The translations under genes and the position numbers were made by a program. A model generated the notes under the pieces. That model saw only the letters and a list, made by a program, of their open reading frames with translations. It did no database searches and was not told the DNA's origin. Positions 12,501 through 24,500 of a stretch of DNA of 64,000 nt are shown piece by piece. Position 1 is the first letter of the stretch. Each line of letters opens with the position of its first letter. This stretch comes from Ascidiella aspersa (taxonomy: Eukaryota): contig OZ004612.1 in the NCBI GenBank assembly GCA_963924565.1, positions 12,276,001-12,340,000 on the forward strand. Direction: 5' to 3'.

Positions 12501-15500
12501 ACTTATGATCATCAGTTTGTTTAACTTTTTTTTGTGCAGAAGAACAAATTATTTTATCGCAGTAATCTATATTCTCTGCTGTTGTTATACAACTATAGAC
12601 GACATTTTACGAGACCGTTAGATAAGTCTCTTCACTTAAAACAGCATTCAAAACCCTGGATATCATTGTATAGTAATAATTATTTTTTAAACGGAATTGC
12701 TTTTCGAATTGCCTGCGTATTCAGGTTTGATAATGGGGTATGTTAGTCCACCTTATTCATCCACACTCCAGGGCGATCTAAAAAACTCACTTTTAACGTC
12801 TAGCCCGCCACGGAACTCGCCGAAGCCGTTGAGCTTGACTGTATTTCCCAGCAGCTGCAAAAACTCGGTGAAGGCAGGGCTGGCGTGCTCGTTGTTGTAC
12901 ATCTCCTCCTCGGTGGACTGCTTGGCGCGGCAGTAGAGGACGCCAATCTTGTACGTCTTGTACACCTGGAGGCGATAGAAGAAACGAAATTGTGTGCAGT
13001 GCTTACACAGGGTGACTGTATTTCAATGTTGAAGTCTGTTGCGAATTGACACCAGGTGGTACAGCTGGCATTATAACATTACAGGATGGTCGTCGTGGTT
13101 AGGATTGGAAACAAGGGTCTTACTGGAGTTAAATCTCCTTAAAACAGTTGAGGCTAAGATCGCTTAGTTTTAAGGTGAAGCGACATACTTGTGTTTCGTT
13201 TGGTTTGTTGCCTTTACGTAATTAACTTCATTTTTCGTTTTGAGCTTTGAGTTTTCCTTAGCGTATTTTCCTTTACTTTTTTGTGTCTTAAAATCACTTT
13301 CTACGTATCTCTGAGATGCACGTCGTTTAGAACAGGTGTTACCCATCTTGCCTCGCCGCTTTTATTCCAAATAAAATCGTAAATTGCTGGTGTTGTATTA
13401 GAACTAGGACGCTTTAGGTTGCAATTTCATTAGTACTTTTGTAATTAGGGCAAGGTAGGAATACTAAACCAGAGGTTCTTAAATTGACGTCTATAGACCC
13501 CTTAATATAAGCGGACTACCTTCGGAGGTCCATGGATTGCTAGTTTTACCTTAAGCAGTACAATTTAAATTATCGAATTTTTTTATAAAGAAAATAGATT
13601 CACGAAACAACACTTTGCGCAGTCACTTTTAATGTATTTAAACTCGATTTTCAGTTTCATGCCATAGGTTTAAACAAAAAACAACAGGTTTCTTATGTCT
13701 TCCTGTTTATGAGGTCTTCTCCACAAAAATCCTGCCAAGCATTGTGTACGCAAACCACAGTATTTTTAGTTGAAAGTGTCTGTGTTGAAAAAATTAAACC
13801 TGCTCTCAGCAACCAGCTGAAGAGAAAGCATGACTTGCACTTTGAAAAACTTCCATGCAAAGTTTGTTTGGTGATGGCGCCTAGAGTCGAGAGTGTATTA
13901 GGCCTAAACCGAAACAGAGCCGGCACGACCCTTTGAAACTTCTTAACGTTACGAGCGCCTGCACAACCAAATAAGGATCAAATGTGACGCGTTAGCACTG
14001 TGTGACGTAATATCGCCTGATTCGCAAATGGTCAATGAGCCTAAACAAGGGATTTCCCAGTATTGGCAATTAGCATATCACATTTCATTTGCAACGTGTT
14101 TCACTCCCAGAAGATTTGCGACATATTGATGGCGAATCAGCACAATTGTGTTTTTTTTTATTTCTAGACTTAAAACAAATACTGACCTAACAGTCTTAAA
14201 TATTTTAGAGCAACGATAATGATATATATTTAAATATAACACATGAAAGAAGGTTAAGCACTCATTTACGCGAATTAAATTGTGCAAATAATTTAAAAAA
14301 TAAACGATTGTCGATTTAAATCGCAATATGTTAACTTGAAATATTTACAGCAATTTGTATGTTTCAAACAGGGATCCATAAGTCTTAAGAATGTGTCAGA
14401 GCTTAATCAGTCTTGGAAGAAAAAATAAGTTGTTTGAAAAAAAGACTTTAATTGTGTCTGAAAACAACTGAACGATTACTATCAGTTGTATTTAAAAAAA
14501 AGAAGCAAAGTATCGATTGCGCCAATAAAGAGTCCAAAAGGAGAATTTAGTGGTAGAGATCGATTGTTGTCAAACGAAATAGTGGGACAGTTAAGCAAGC
14601 CAAACAAACAACCCTATTTACCAAATAGTACACTGCTTGGTTATGCGCTCAGTGGAAGTAAATCGCCCACGCCAAATCGCGCCTCTTCCAAGGTGAACAA
14701 ACCCAGGCGACACCAGTTTGTGTCTTGGTACTTTGTACTGAGTATTTTGGCGTACGATAGCGGCGGCAGCGACTTAATGAAACCGAAGGGAAAAGGCTCG
14801 GACGTCGAACGCCATTAATTATTCACGAGGCGCGAGGACCGCGGTCCCAATGATTCGCTAACTCGGCCGAGCGGAAGACAACAGACGGAAGGCGCCGCCA
14901 TCACCACACGCCGCCGCTCGATGGACTGTTTGGGCGATTAAGCACACAGTTTCTCCTTCACGTTTCACCTCCAAAACGTCTAAACCAGGGGTTCTTAAAC
15001 TTTTTTTACCGCGGACCCCTAAAATTTTTTTTTGGACCACAATAGGCAATTTTTTTTTGGAGTCTTAATGCATTCACTGCAATACCGTTTTATTTTTAAT
15101 TAAACTGTTGTGTTTGATGAATTGATTACTTCTTAAATATACACTAATATTTCAATTAGGCTTGCATGGACCCCCTAAAGCTAGGTGACGGACACCTAAG
15201 GGGTCCATGGACCCCAGTTTAAGAAGAACCCCTGGTCTAAACCTTTGCCGGGTGAAATTCTTAAATTTGAATTTCGACCCACGACTGTTTTGTTTGTGAT
15301 GACTGGAGACAAGGAACTCGAACTTGGTCATTTTGGGGCTTTTTAAAAATAATTTGTGAAGCGCTTTTCGTGATTTTATACCACATAGTTATTTAACACG
15401 GGCGATTTTAAGTCAGACTTACTGTTTTTCAAAAACTGTTGGCTAGGTGGGAAAACTGTATATACATATATGTATCATATATGAGATTCAGAGACTGTAG

Positions 15501-18500
15501 ACAAATTTGCAAACAGCGCGAGATAAACACCAGATTTCGACAAGGACAAAAACAACTTAACCAAGAAATGTAGCCTGTGCCTTTAAAGTTCTCCTGTGAA
15601 ATGATCTGAAACAAAACGCTTAGTATATTCTCCAACCAATTCGGTCTGGGGAAAACTGAACGCTTTTTAATAAACCCGTTCCCAACAGCCTTCACACATA
15701 TTACGAGCAGATGGACGTTGTTCAATTTTCCATCACGAGGCGACGCTGGCTGTTTATTGATTTTGGGGACTTTTTGCGGGATACAACATGCAACAGGTTA
15801 CAATACTTCGTAACAGTGATTCTCAACATTGTTTCCGGGCGACAAAAAACTTAAACCGTATGTGTGCTTTCAGGGTTTGATTTCAAATAGCACGCCGCTG
15901 CTACGTAAATATACGTCAGGCGTTATTGCCTGACTTCCGTGCTGTGTCAACGTCATCATTAACAATGCGCGTAATTTTCAGTGAGGTTAATTTAGGTAGA
16001 GCCTTATTGGGAAAGGCATTTTTCCGAGAATGTTTATAGCGTGTTTTCCCTTCCATTGATTAAAACTTTAACGACTTCACAGAATGCATTGGACAGCAAA
16101 TGCTTTATGTTGGCCAAAGCCGCCTGATATTATTTTTACGTGAATCAATTAAGCCTCATTTAAAATTTTCAAAGATAAAAGTCATTTTAAAAAGTGTAAC
16201 CTTGCTTATACATGTATAGGCCTGGCCTCAGTTGACCTTTTTGTTTTCTATATAGTTCGTAATAAATTCACCGTTTTAATTAGCCAGGGCATGGCATTAA
16301 CACATTTTCTTATTTATTAATCAAAATTGAACATTGTATAGGATTACCGAAAAAGTCTATATGAAATTACAGGTTTGCGTGGCTTGTCGAACGAATTGGG
16401 TTACATGCAAAAACAGCACTTTACTTTAAATCAGTGTTTCTCAAGCTGTGGGTCGCAACCCAAAATTGGGTCACTGTTCAATTTGGTTGGGTCGCCGACT
16501 CCAGTGGTTCACATGGTTAGATTTATTAAGATTGGTTCTGGGCAAAATTTCTTTAAAATGTGAGAAAATTAAGGAACAAATACGAAGAATGTCTTATGAT
16601 AATTAATATAGTTCGAACTTATGTTTTGTCTGCTTACAAGAAATTTAGCGAAGACAATTGGGTCGCCAAAGCTTCGTTGTTATACTTGCGCCTAATATTT
16701 GGGTCGCCGTGAAAAAAAGGCTAAGAAAAACTGCTTAAAAAAAAAAAAAAAAACAATTTAAAAATAACAGGTTTTACCACTTACGTTCTGTTCGTCGACT
16801 TTCACCAACTGCTCGTGAACCTTGGGTGTTGCCACGGCAACGCGCAGGCAGGAGAGGTTGACCTCTGGACACAGGTACTCCAGGACCTCTTTGGGAGGGA
16901 TGCCTTTAGTGGTGGAGGCGTGCTTGGAGGAAGACTGGTGAATTGCCTCCTCCAGGATTGAGCCACGAAGAGTGCAGAGCTTGCGGGAGAAAGGAAGGTT
17001 TAATTTCGATGGAAGGTTGAATAAAGAAAGATGAATTTCGTACGAGGTTTTTAAAAGCGGAAAAATGCACCTAATTTTACACCTGTAGCAAAATAATGTG
17101 GGTAAAATTAAAAGGTATTCGAGGGAAAGATTATGCGCGACTAAACATGAAAATGCCAGATAAGCAAATACACTTTAAAGAGTCACCGCGCAATATTAAG
17201 CTAAGTTCTTAAATTTATACTTATAAACCATCTGTAAATCCATCAATTAAGACCCATCTGCACATAAGTAGTAAAGATTTCTATTTATCTAAAGTAATAG
17301 TTAACAATGAAAATCAAGACTGCTTTTAAATACTAAAACGGAAAATTTTACAATTTGATAAGAAAAAACAACAAAACCAAAAAGGACTTCTTCCCTGCAA
17401 AAGGTAAAAGCTTATACAAAGAAGCCAGTTTGGAAGATTGTAAGTGTGATTTTTCGTGGCAAGCTATTCAGAGCGGTGTCGCCAAAATCATTTAACGCCG
17501 CTACAGTACATTTCAAAGTTAGTAAATGAATGGCGTATACCTCGCTGGTGCGAACGATGACGCGGTACTGGTAGGCGGCCACTCCTGCCGAGTCCTCAAT
17601 CTTCTCGCGACGCAAGCTGATCACAACCGGGCCGTACTTTTCGTCGATACCGAAGAAGTTCTGGTGCTCTGTGCGACAGAATAAAATCGTAGGATTAAAA
17701 CTGGCGAAATATTCTTGGGCGCCAAAAGTCAATCAGCAGCGTGGATTTTGGCCAGGCAATTGACTATATCCGACAATCGAAAAAACGTAAACGCTGAGTA
17801 ACTGTCAGTCGGTTAAATACGTTTTTTGTTTCTTTCAAGAAGAGCCTTTGGTGTAACAAATAAAGTAGATAAACAGGTGGTTTTTATTTTCAAAAAGAGC
17901 TTTGAAGACACTTTTAGCCTATAGGTTTTAGGTCCATATGAGTTTTTTTTTAAAGGCGTCCATAAGACGCAAACAGCAAAACTGAACCTATGGGACGAAA
18001 ATAAAGCTCAACATCTCAACCAGCGTTCACCAAATTAGGGCAAATTCGCCTGGCGCGGGTTTAAAAAATAGGCTTACTTGTCGCGCGAGTAATTTTGACA
18101 TTCAGGAAACTATCAGGAATCGAATCAGGACGCTCGCGACACGTTCGCTGTCACGGCCAACGCCAGCTGGTCGCTGATTGACGGCGCTTCGGGCGCGTGG
18201 GTATTGCAATCGGGACTCCTATCGCTTCCTCAGTGCCTTGTAAACAAATCGGAGCGACTGCTAATGCATTATTCCCCGCGTCGGCTTAAAAAACAATGGG
18301 AATGTGGCAGTTGCTGGCTAATTTGGTGCGGCAGCGCTAGGGTTTTGTTGTTTTTTTAAGTTGGGTAGCGTCGACTTCTGCACTTCTTATGCGAATTAGC
18401 GTTAATGCTATAAAGCGACCTTGACGCGATGTTTGTGTGACTCTGTTTTAGTGAGATCACTGTTGTAATGACGTACAAACGGTAACTAATATTACCTACA

Positions 18501-21500
18501 AATCGTTAAGTTTTACCTAAAAGCGAGGAAAAATGCCTAACTGGACACAACTGTATTCTAATATTCGTGGGACTTTTCCTGAACAGGTCAACATAACCAG
18601 AAATCGAAAAATCGGGCGGTGTTAGTTTGATTTAAATGAACGCAAAGTTGCCTGAACGACGACCGCACTGACAAATCACCAAAGGTATTAAAGTCGGGCA
18701 ATTTTTCATCTTAATTTTCTGAAATAATTACAAAACGATTAAAAATTAAAAAAAAGCTATGGACGTGAACGTATTTTGAAGGGGTTAAAATAAGGAAAAA
18801 AACGGTGTCGAGTGATTTTAAAACGCCCGGACATAAACCGTACTTCAAAACGAGCACCAAAATAGGTTCATACAGAAACATAGGGTTAAAAAGTTATTTG
18901 AACAGGTTTGATACTTATATATATTTGGTTCCGATTAATGGAACTTTAACAGTTTAACATAAATTTCATGGCAATTATTTTTGAAATTATGGCAAACTAT
19001 TTGGCCTATACAGTGGTCGTTACCTGGAACGTTAAAAAAATACTTTTGCAAAGCCAAAAAGGTCGAGTTGAACAGCATAATCTCGATTCAGACATTGGAA
19101 TACGAACACAATGCGCCCCGCCTTTTATAATTGATGCTTTAATTTAGTTTTTAGTCACGTTAACTGAACAAAATACAAGCACGCATCTTAATCAAGATAA
19201 TGCCGATCTATACTCGACCTTTTTGGCTTTGCAATTCATTATCAAGCCACATAGCAGATCCGAGCATAGCGCACCCCAAAATTAGTTTCGTTCGGTCAAT
19301 AAAGCCACACACACACCTTTGTCGAAGAAGTACTGACGGTAGTAGCAGGCTCCCTCGTCTCGGTTCTCGATGCCGAAACTCACGCTGCCGGTTGGGGGTG
19401 ATCCGGGGGGTAGGAGGGTCTCCTGGTTGCCCCCCTCGACTACCGAGAGGAACGAGTGGTTGGTGAGCACCTTGCGCGCCTGGATCGTTGTCTTTTCCTG
19501 GCTGTTGGCTCCGTTGCCCACCTTTTTTTTTAGACAGATATATATTTTTAAAATGTTTTTTTTTGAAGTTTCAGTTTTTTGTCTAGCTGTTGGCTTCTCG
19601 CCCGCCTTTTTAGACAGATATGTATTTTTAAAGAGTTTTTTCTTTCGAATTCTCATTTTTTTGGCTGTTGGCTCCCTGGCCCACCTTTTTGTTAGACAAA
19701 TATATATTTAAAAAATGTTTTTTTCTTTGAAGTTTTAGTTTTTTTCCTGGCCTTTGGCTCCGTTGCCCAGCTTTTTTAGACAAATATACAGTTTACATAC
19801 GTTTTTCGAAGTTTCATATGTTTTCAAATGATTTAAAATTATGTCTTCGCTCTTTCTTTTGGTTTAGTAAATGCAATCGTTGGTGGTTCACGCTATTGTC
19901 TTTGTTTCATAAATCGAACAGTTATCTGTTTTGATGTACAACATAAAACAAACCTAGTAAAAATAAAATAAATTTTACCCGTAATTAGCTTTTAAAACCT
20001 ATATTTAAACGATTTAGACTGGTAAAAACATTTGTTTTTTATTATTTTTATGTGATTGTGTGCAAACTTTAAACTACGATTGAGTTACAATAACCTTGTT
20101 TTTTGTGTATAAAATATTTAAATAATAGTTTTCTTTACAAAATATTATTTAATAAAAACACTTAACGCATAGTATAACTTGACATTAGACAAACATCGAC
20201 ATTTTAACCCCAATTTGATTAGAAACCTAAGGTTTCGACGTGGTAGATATTACAAGACGTTAATTAAAGATTAGAAGTGATCATTCATTGGGTTCAAATA
20301 TCTGCATTATTTTTCTTGCGGCTGTTGTTTTTAGTTCTACTGTAAAATCATAAAAAAAATGAAAGAATTCTCCCCACAAAGCAAGGCTGCTGAAAACGGG
20401 ACAGGCAGGCAGGCAGGCCAGCCAGACAATCGCGGTCGGGTTACGTCACACTCGATGCATTGTCTCACCTGGATTGACACAGACGACGACGCGTTGTTGC
20501 CACTCGCCGCGATGCAGACCACCCGTTCCGGTTCGCCGCCGATCTCGTTACGGAAGAACGGGCAGCTGGGAATTTGAAAAATGCGATTTAGAGTTTTCGA
20601 ATTTCGAGTTCGGGCCTGATTGGCTGGACAGAGTCGACAGAGGCAGATGCAGCATGTCGCTTTCAGGGAGGGTGAACCATTTTTTCAGATTTACAGGTTT
20701 TCTGAAGTATGGTTGCCTCTATGACTGTATGGCCTGTTGACGTTTTTGGACGAAAAAGATCGCGCTTTACAGAAATTCACAATTTGGCAAATATAAAGAC
20801 CCGTTCTAAACACATCTCCGAAACAAAGAAATAAACATATCCTGTAACTGTAATGTAAAGAGTCTTTCAAGAAAATACCCCTAAAATAACCTTCTTCCCT
20901 TTCACTGACTTAAATAGCAACCCCAATGTTTCTGATTTAATTAGGCACCCCAATAACATGCTTTCGAAAGTGAGAAAATTATTTGTTTTAAATATTTACA
21001 TTTCGGATGTTCTCTTTCGGGATACAATATTGTACAAACAACAAACAAGTATAGTTTAAAGCTTGTTAGCGTTTCAAAGCAAGGGTCGTTATGTTCATCA
21101 TTAATTGTTAGTAGAATAACTGTAACCATATTATTTCCTAGAAAAATGAATTAATAGTGTCTACTGCATGCATAACATTTTTAAAGAAATGGCCAAGTAT
21201 GTTTTAGGTTGCAGAAGTTTGCGAATTTGCTCAACTTTTGTCCTATTTTTATACATCTTTTACTCCAAAATATCTTTCTTACAACTTACTTGGACACGAG
21301 GTCGTTGAACTTGTTGTTTACGAGTCCCTCATCCTCAATGAAGTTGGACATGTCTTCCATGCTCCCGCTCACACTTGATCCCTTGCTGCCGAGACTGTCC
21401 GTGCTCACTGGAGGAGGAAGAAAAAAGAATCGTTTTATCTTTTACCAACTATTTTTTTCTGGTAAATTCCTTGATTGCTTTTTTAATAAAAAAAGACTGT

Positions 21501-24500
21501 AGGTTATTTGTGGCAATAGTATTCTGGTTCAACTAAGCGAGTTGTTTAGACGCAAATTTTGCTTAAATAATCAGGATTCTAAATTTCGAATTTAAAATGC
21601 ATATATCGCATAAATTGAAAAATACAAGAACTTTTGTTGAACACATGTATTATAAACTAATTTTCAGTCAACGTTTAAAAATAGATAAACAAAATTGCGA
21701 CTAAGTGTTTCGAAATTCATAATAAACAGGTGCCCTTTCGCTTTAAACTTCAACAGGCGGGCGATTTGGCAACAACAGCGCTCGATCAATTTTCAAAATC
21801 GCGATCAATGTTTTCCTGGCAGCCCTCCCAAGTTTAAAGGTTTTCGCTATACAGGTTCGGCTCCCCTGGGTCCAACCATCTGTTCGGCTTCTCTTTTCGC
21901 CGGGTTACATCCAATTTAGATAACAGACAGATATAAATAAAATCGTACGGAAAACATACGCTATTTTTTAATTACATTTTTACGACACTTTTGATGTTCG
22001 ATGGGCTAAGACAGGGGTCGGGAACCTTTTTAGCTAAGGGAGCCATAAAAGTCAAATATCCTTGGTTGTATTTCCAAAAGAGCCATATGATACTTTTTAA
22101 CATCTAGTTACACGTTGGCGAAAATTAGTACATTGAGCAGGGCCGTATATTTTATTTTCATTTAAAGGACAGAACATAATATGCACCAAAATTTAATTAG
22201 CTAGGTTTGCACAACAATGATTACGGAATTTCGTCGAAAGAATAGGGGCTTTTGGATATAAAGCGATTCGCGCAAAGTGCCGAAAATTCGCTACTATGTA
22301 GAATAAAAAAGGAAATATAAAGTTAGGATGGCCGCTGGCAATTTAATTAAGATCATGCTGAGAAATGATAGCTTAGATTTATCTGCAAGATTCTTTCATC
22401 AAAAGAGCCATATGACGTCGCAAAAAGAGCCATAGGTTCCCCAACCCTGGGCTAAGACTTGCTGGAAAAATCGCTGGAAATAGCGAAAAAACAAAAGTGA
22501 CAGCAAAGGAAATCGCAATGGGCAATTGAAACCACGGGGCATCAATATTTAAACAGAAGTGTATATTTATTACACAGTCGCATTGGCCGCATCCTGCGCT
22601 TACGGTAACGATCGATTTCTTACTTCACCCTGTTTTTAGCAACGTTTTCAGTGGCAACTTATTCTCTAATCTAAACCGTATATTGGCAGTAAAAGCAACC
22701 AGTTATTTTCCCGGGGGAGGTGCGCTGCCCCCGACGTAATTAAAAGTAACGCGGATTCGCCAAAATATGCCGCCCCCAGGGAACTGGTTTGAACACCAGC
22801 ACAGCATATTTTACAAACAGCAAGTATAGCAAAACATATGGCCGTAAAATGTGCAGAGGGATTGCTGTTCCATTTCCTAAAAATTAAATCCAGCTCTGTA
22901 GCCTACAATATTTTAAACACCAACAAATATTTCGCAATTCCTACCACGCTACCATGTCTTTATTTATTTCGTACATTAATAAGCGATCAAGTTAGCAGTA
23001 GAATATTCGTTTGTAGCTTATCCAATTGCGCTAACAGCAAAAATACCCAAAATTGCTAAACATTTAAAGATGAATTTATTGGACAGCTGTATAAAAAATT
23101 ATAAAACATAGGACTGAACTTTCTTTTAGAAGCCTAATCAATTTTCAACTGAGATAATGTAATATGTGAAGTCACACAGGCATTCCAGTAATTGCGTGAC
23201 AGTGCAATTTCGGGTAATTAAACGTCTGAAAAAAACTTCTCATGATTCGGTTTATTATTAATTAACGAACAGTCGATTACGCAATCGCAATACGCAATTT
23301 AACTCCTACTGGATTGAGCGTTGTACTAATATGGCATAAATTAATGCGCGAGCGATGGAGGGAGTATGAAAAGGGCTGTCATTAAGTCAGCAGCCACAAT
23401 ATAAAAATATTAGCTTGCAAAACAAAAATAGACAAATTCTCAGAGTTAACTGATCAAAGCGAACATAACACAACACATTAGCATAACTAATTAATATGGG
23501 CCATGTTTTTGTATTGCATCTTCAGTTACAAGTATTAGCCAATTCTTGTTAGAACCAATCTCAATAAATCAAACCATAAAAAAACTACTGTAGTGGGCGC
23601 AGAATTTTGCATCGCAAAACATGGGTTGAGAAACACTGCTATATAGCTGAAACGCTGTTTCGCAAAATTTACCCGAGTTTTAGATTATTTAGCCTTCTTT
23701 TTAGATCATTTTCACCGAGTTTACTACCTGCCAGGGCAGCCGCCTTGCTCGCTCCGGTGGTGGTGTTCTTGCGCTTGAGTCCTTCCATGGCGGTCAGCAC
23801 GTCGCGGAAGCTGAAGAGCATGCTCTGCCAGTCGTAATGGGCGAAGTGGTGGCGACGCCGACGTTCTTCCTCGTAGCTCATTTCTGTGGACAAAGCGAAA
23901 GCACTTTTTTAGGCCTGTTTTCCTTTCCGTCATATTTATTTATGTTTTAAATGGATGTTGTCTATGGATTTACAGGCCGTGCGAAGAGTTGATAGTAAAG
24001 TAAAATTATTTTACCGGGTTTAAAACAAAATGTTTAGAAAATAACAACTTTATGAACACAGAGAACAACATCAAATAGCGCAAAATTTTATCACCGGGGT
24101 TAACCCTAACACAACACAACTACCACAGGTCCACAGCTTATTATAATCAGGTTTGAAACGAAAGGTTTTCTCGTGAGATTGCTTACGGCTCATTCTGTAA
24201 GGTTGGAAGTGGCCAAAGAAGTTTTGAGAACCACCGCTTTACACTAACGGGTGCATATCGACTTCGATAATATATTCCGGACGTCTCGATACGAACCTTG
24301 GCGCATGGCGTCCACCACATCCCTGGCGTTGTCGTCCCTCGCGATCCGACTGATCAGTGTCTTGTGGTCGGGAACGTCCGACTTGGAGCGCGATCCCTTG
24401 TCCTTGTGCTTGCGCGGGAGCCTCGGGCTGGCGTTGGCGCTGTTGATTGGACTCGCACCGCGCGAGTCGGACTTGTTCTGTAAACAAATATGAGTTTCGA

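Noticed and set aside
11541-21425. Identical 16-mer GGAGGAGGAAGAAAAA at two acceptors (11541, 21410)
   Set aside because: Low-complexity polypyrimidine tracts; chance similarity is plausible.
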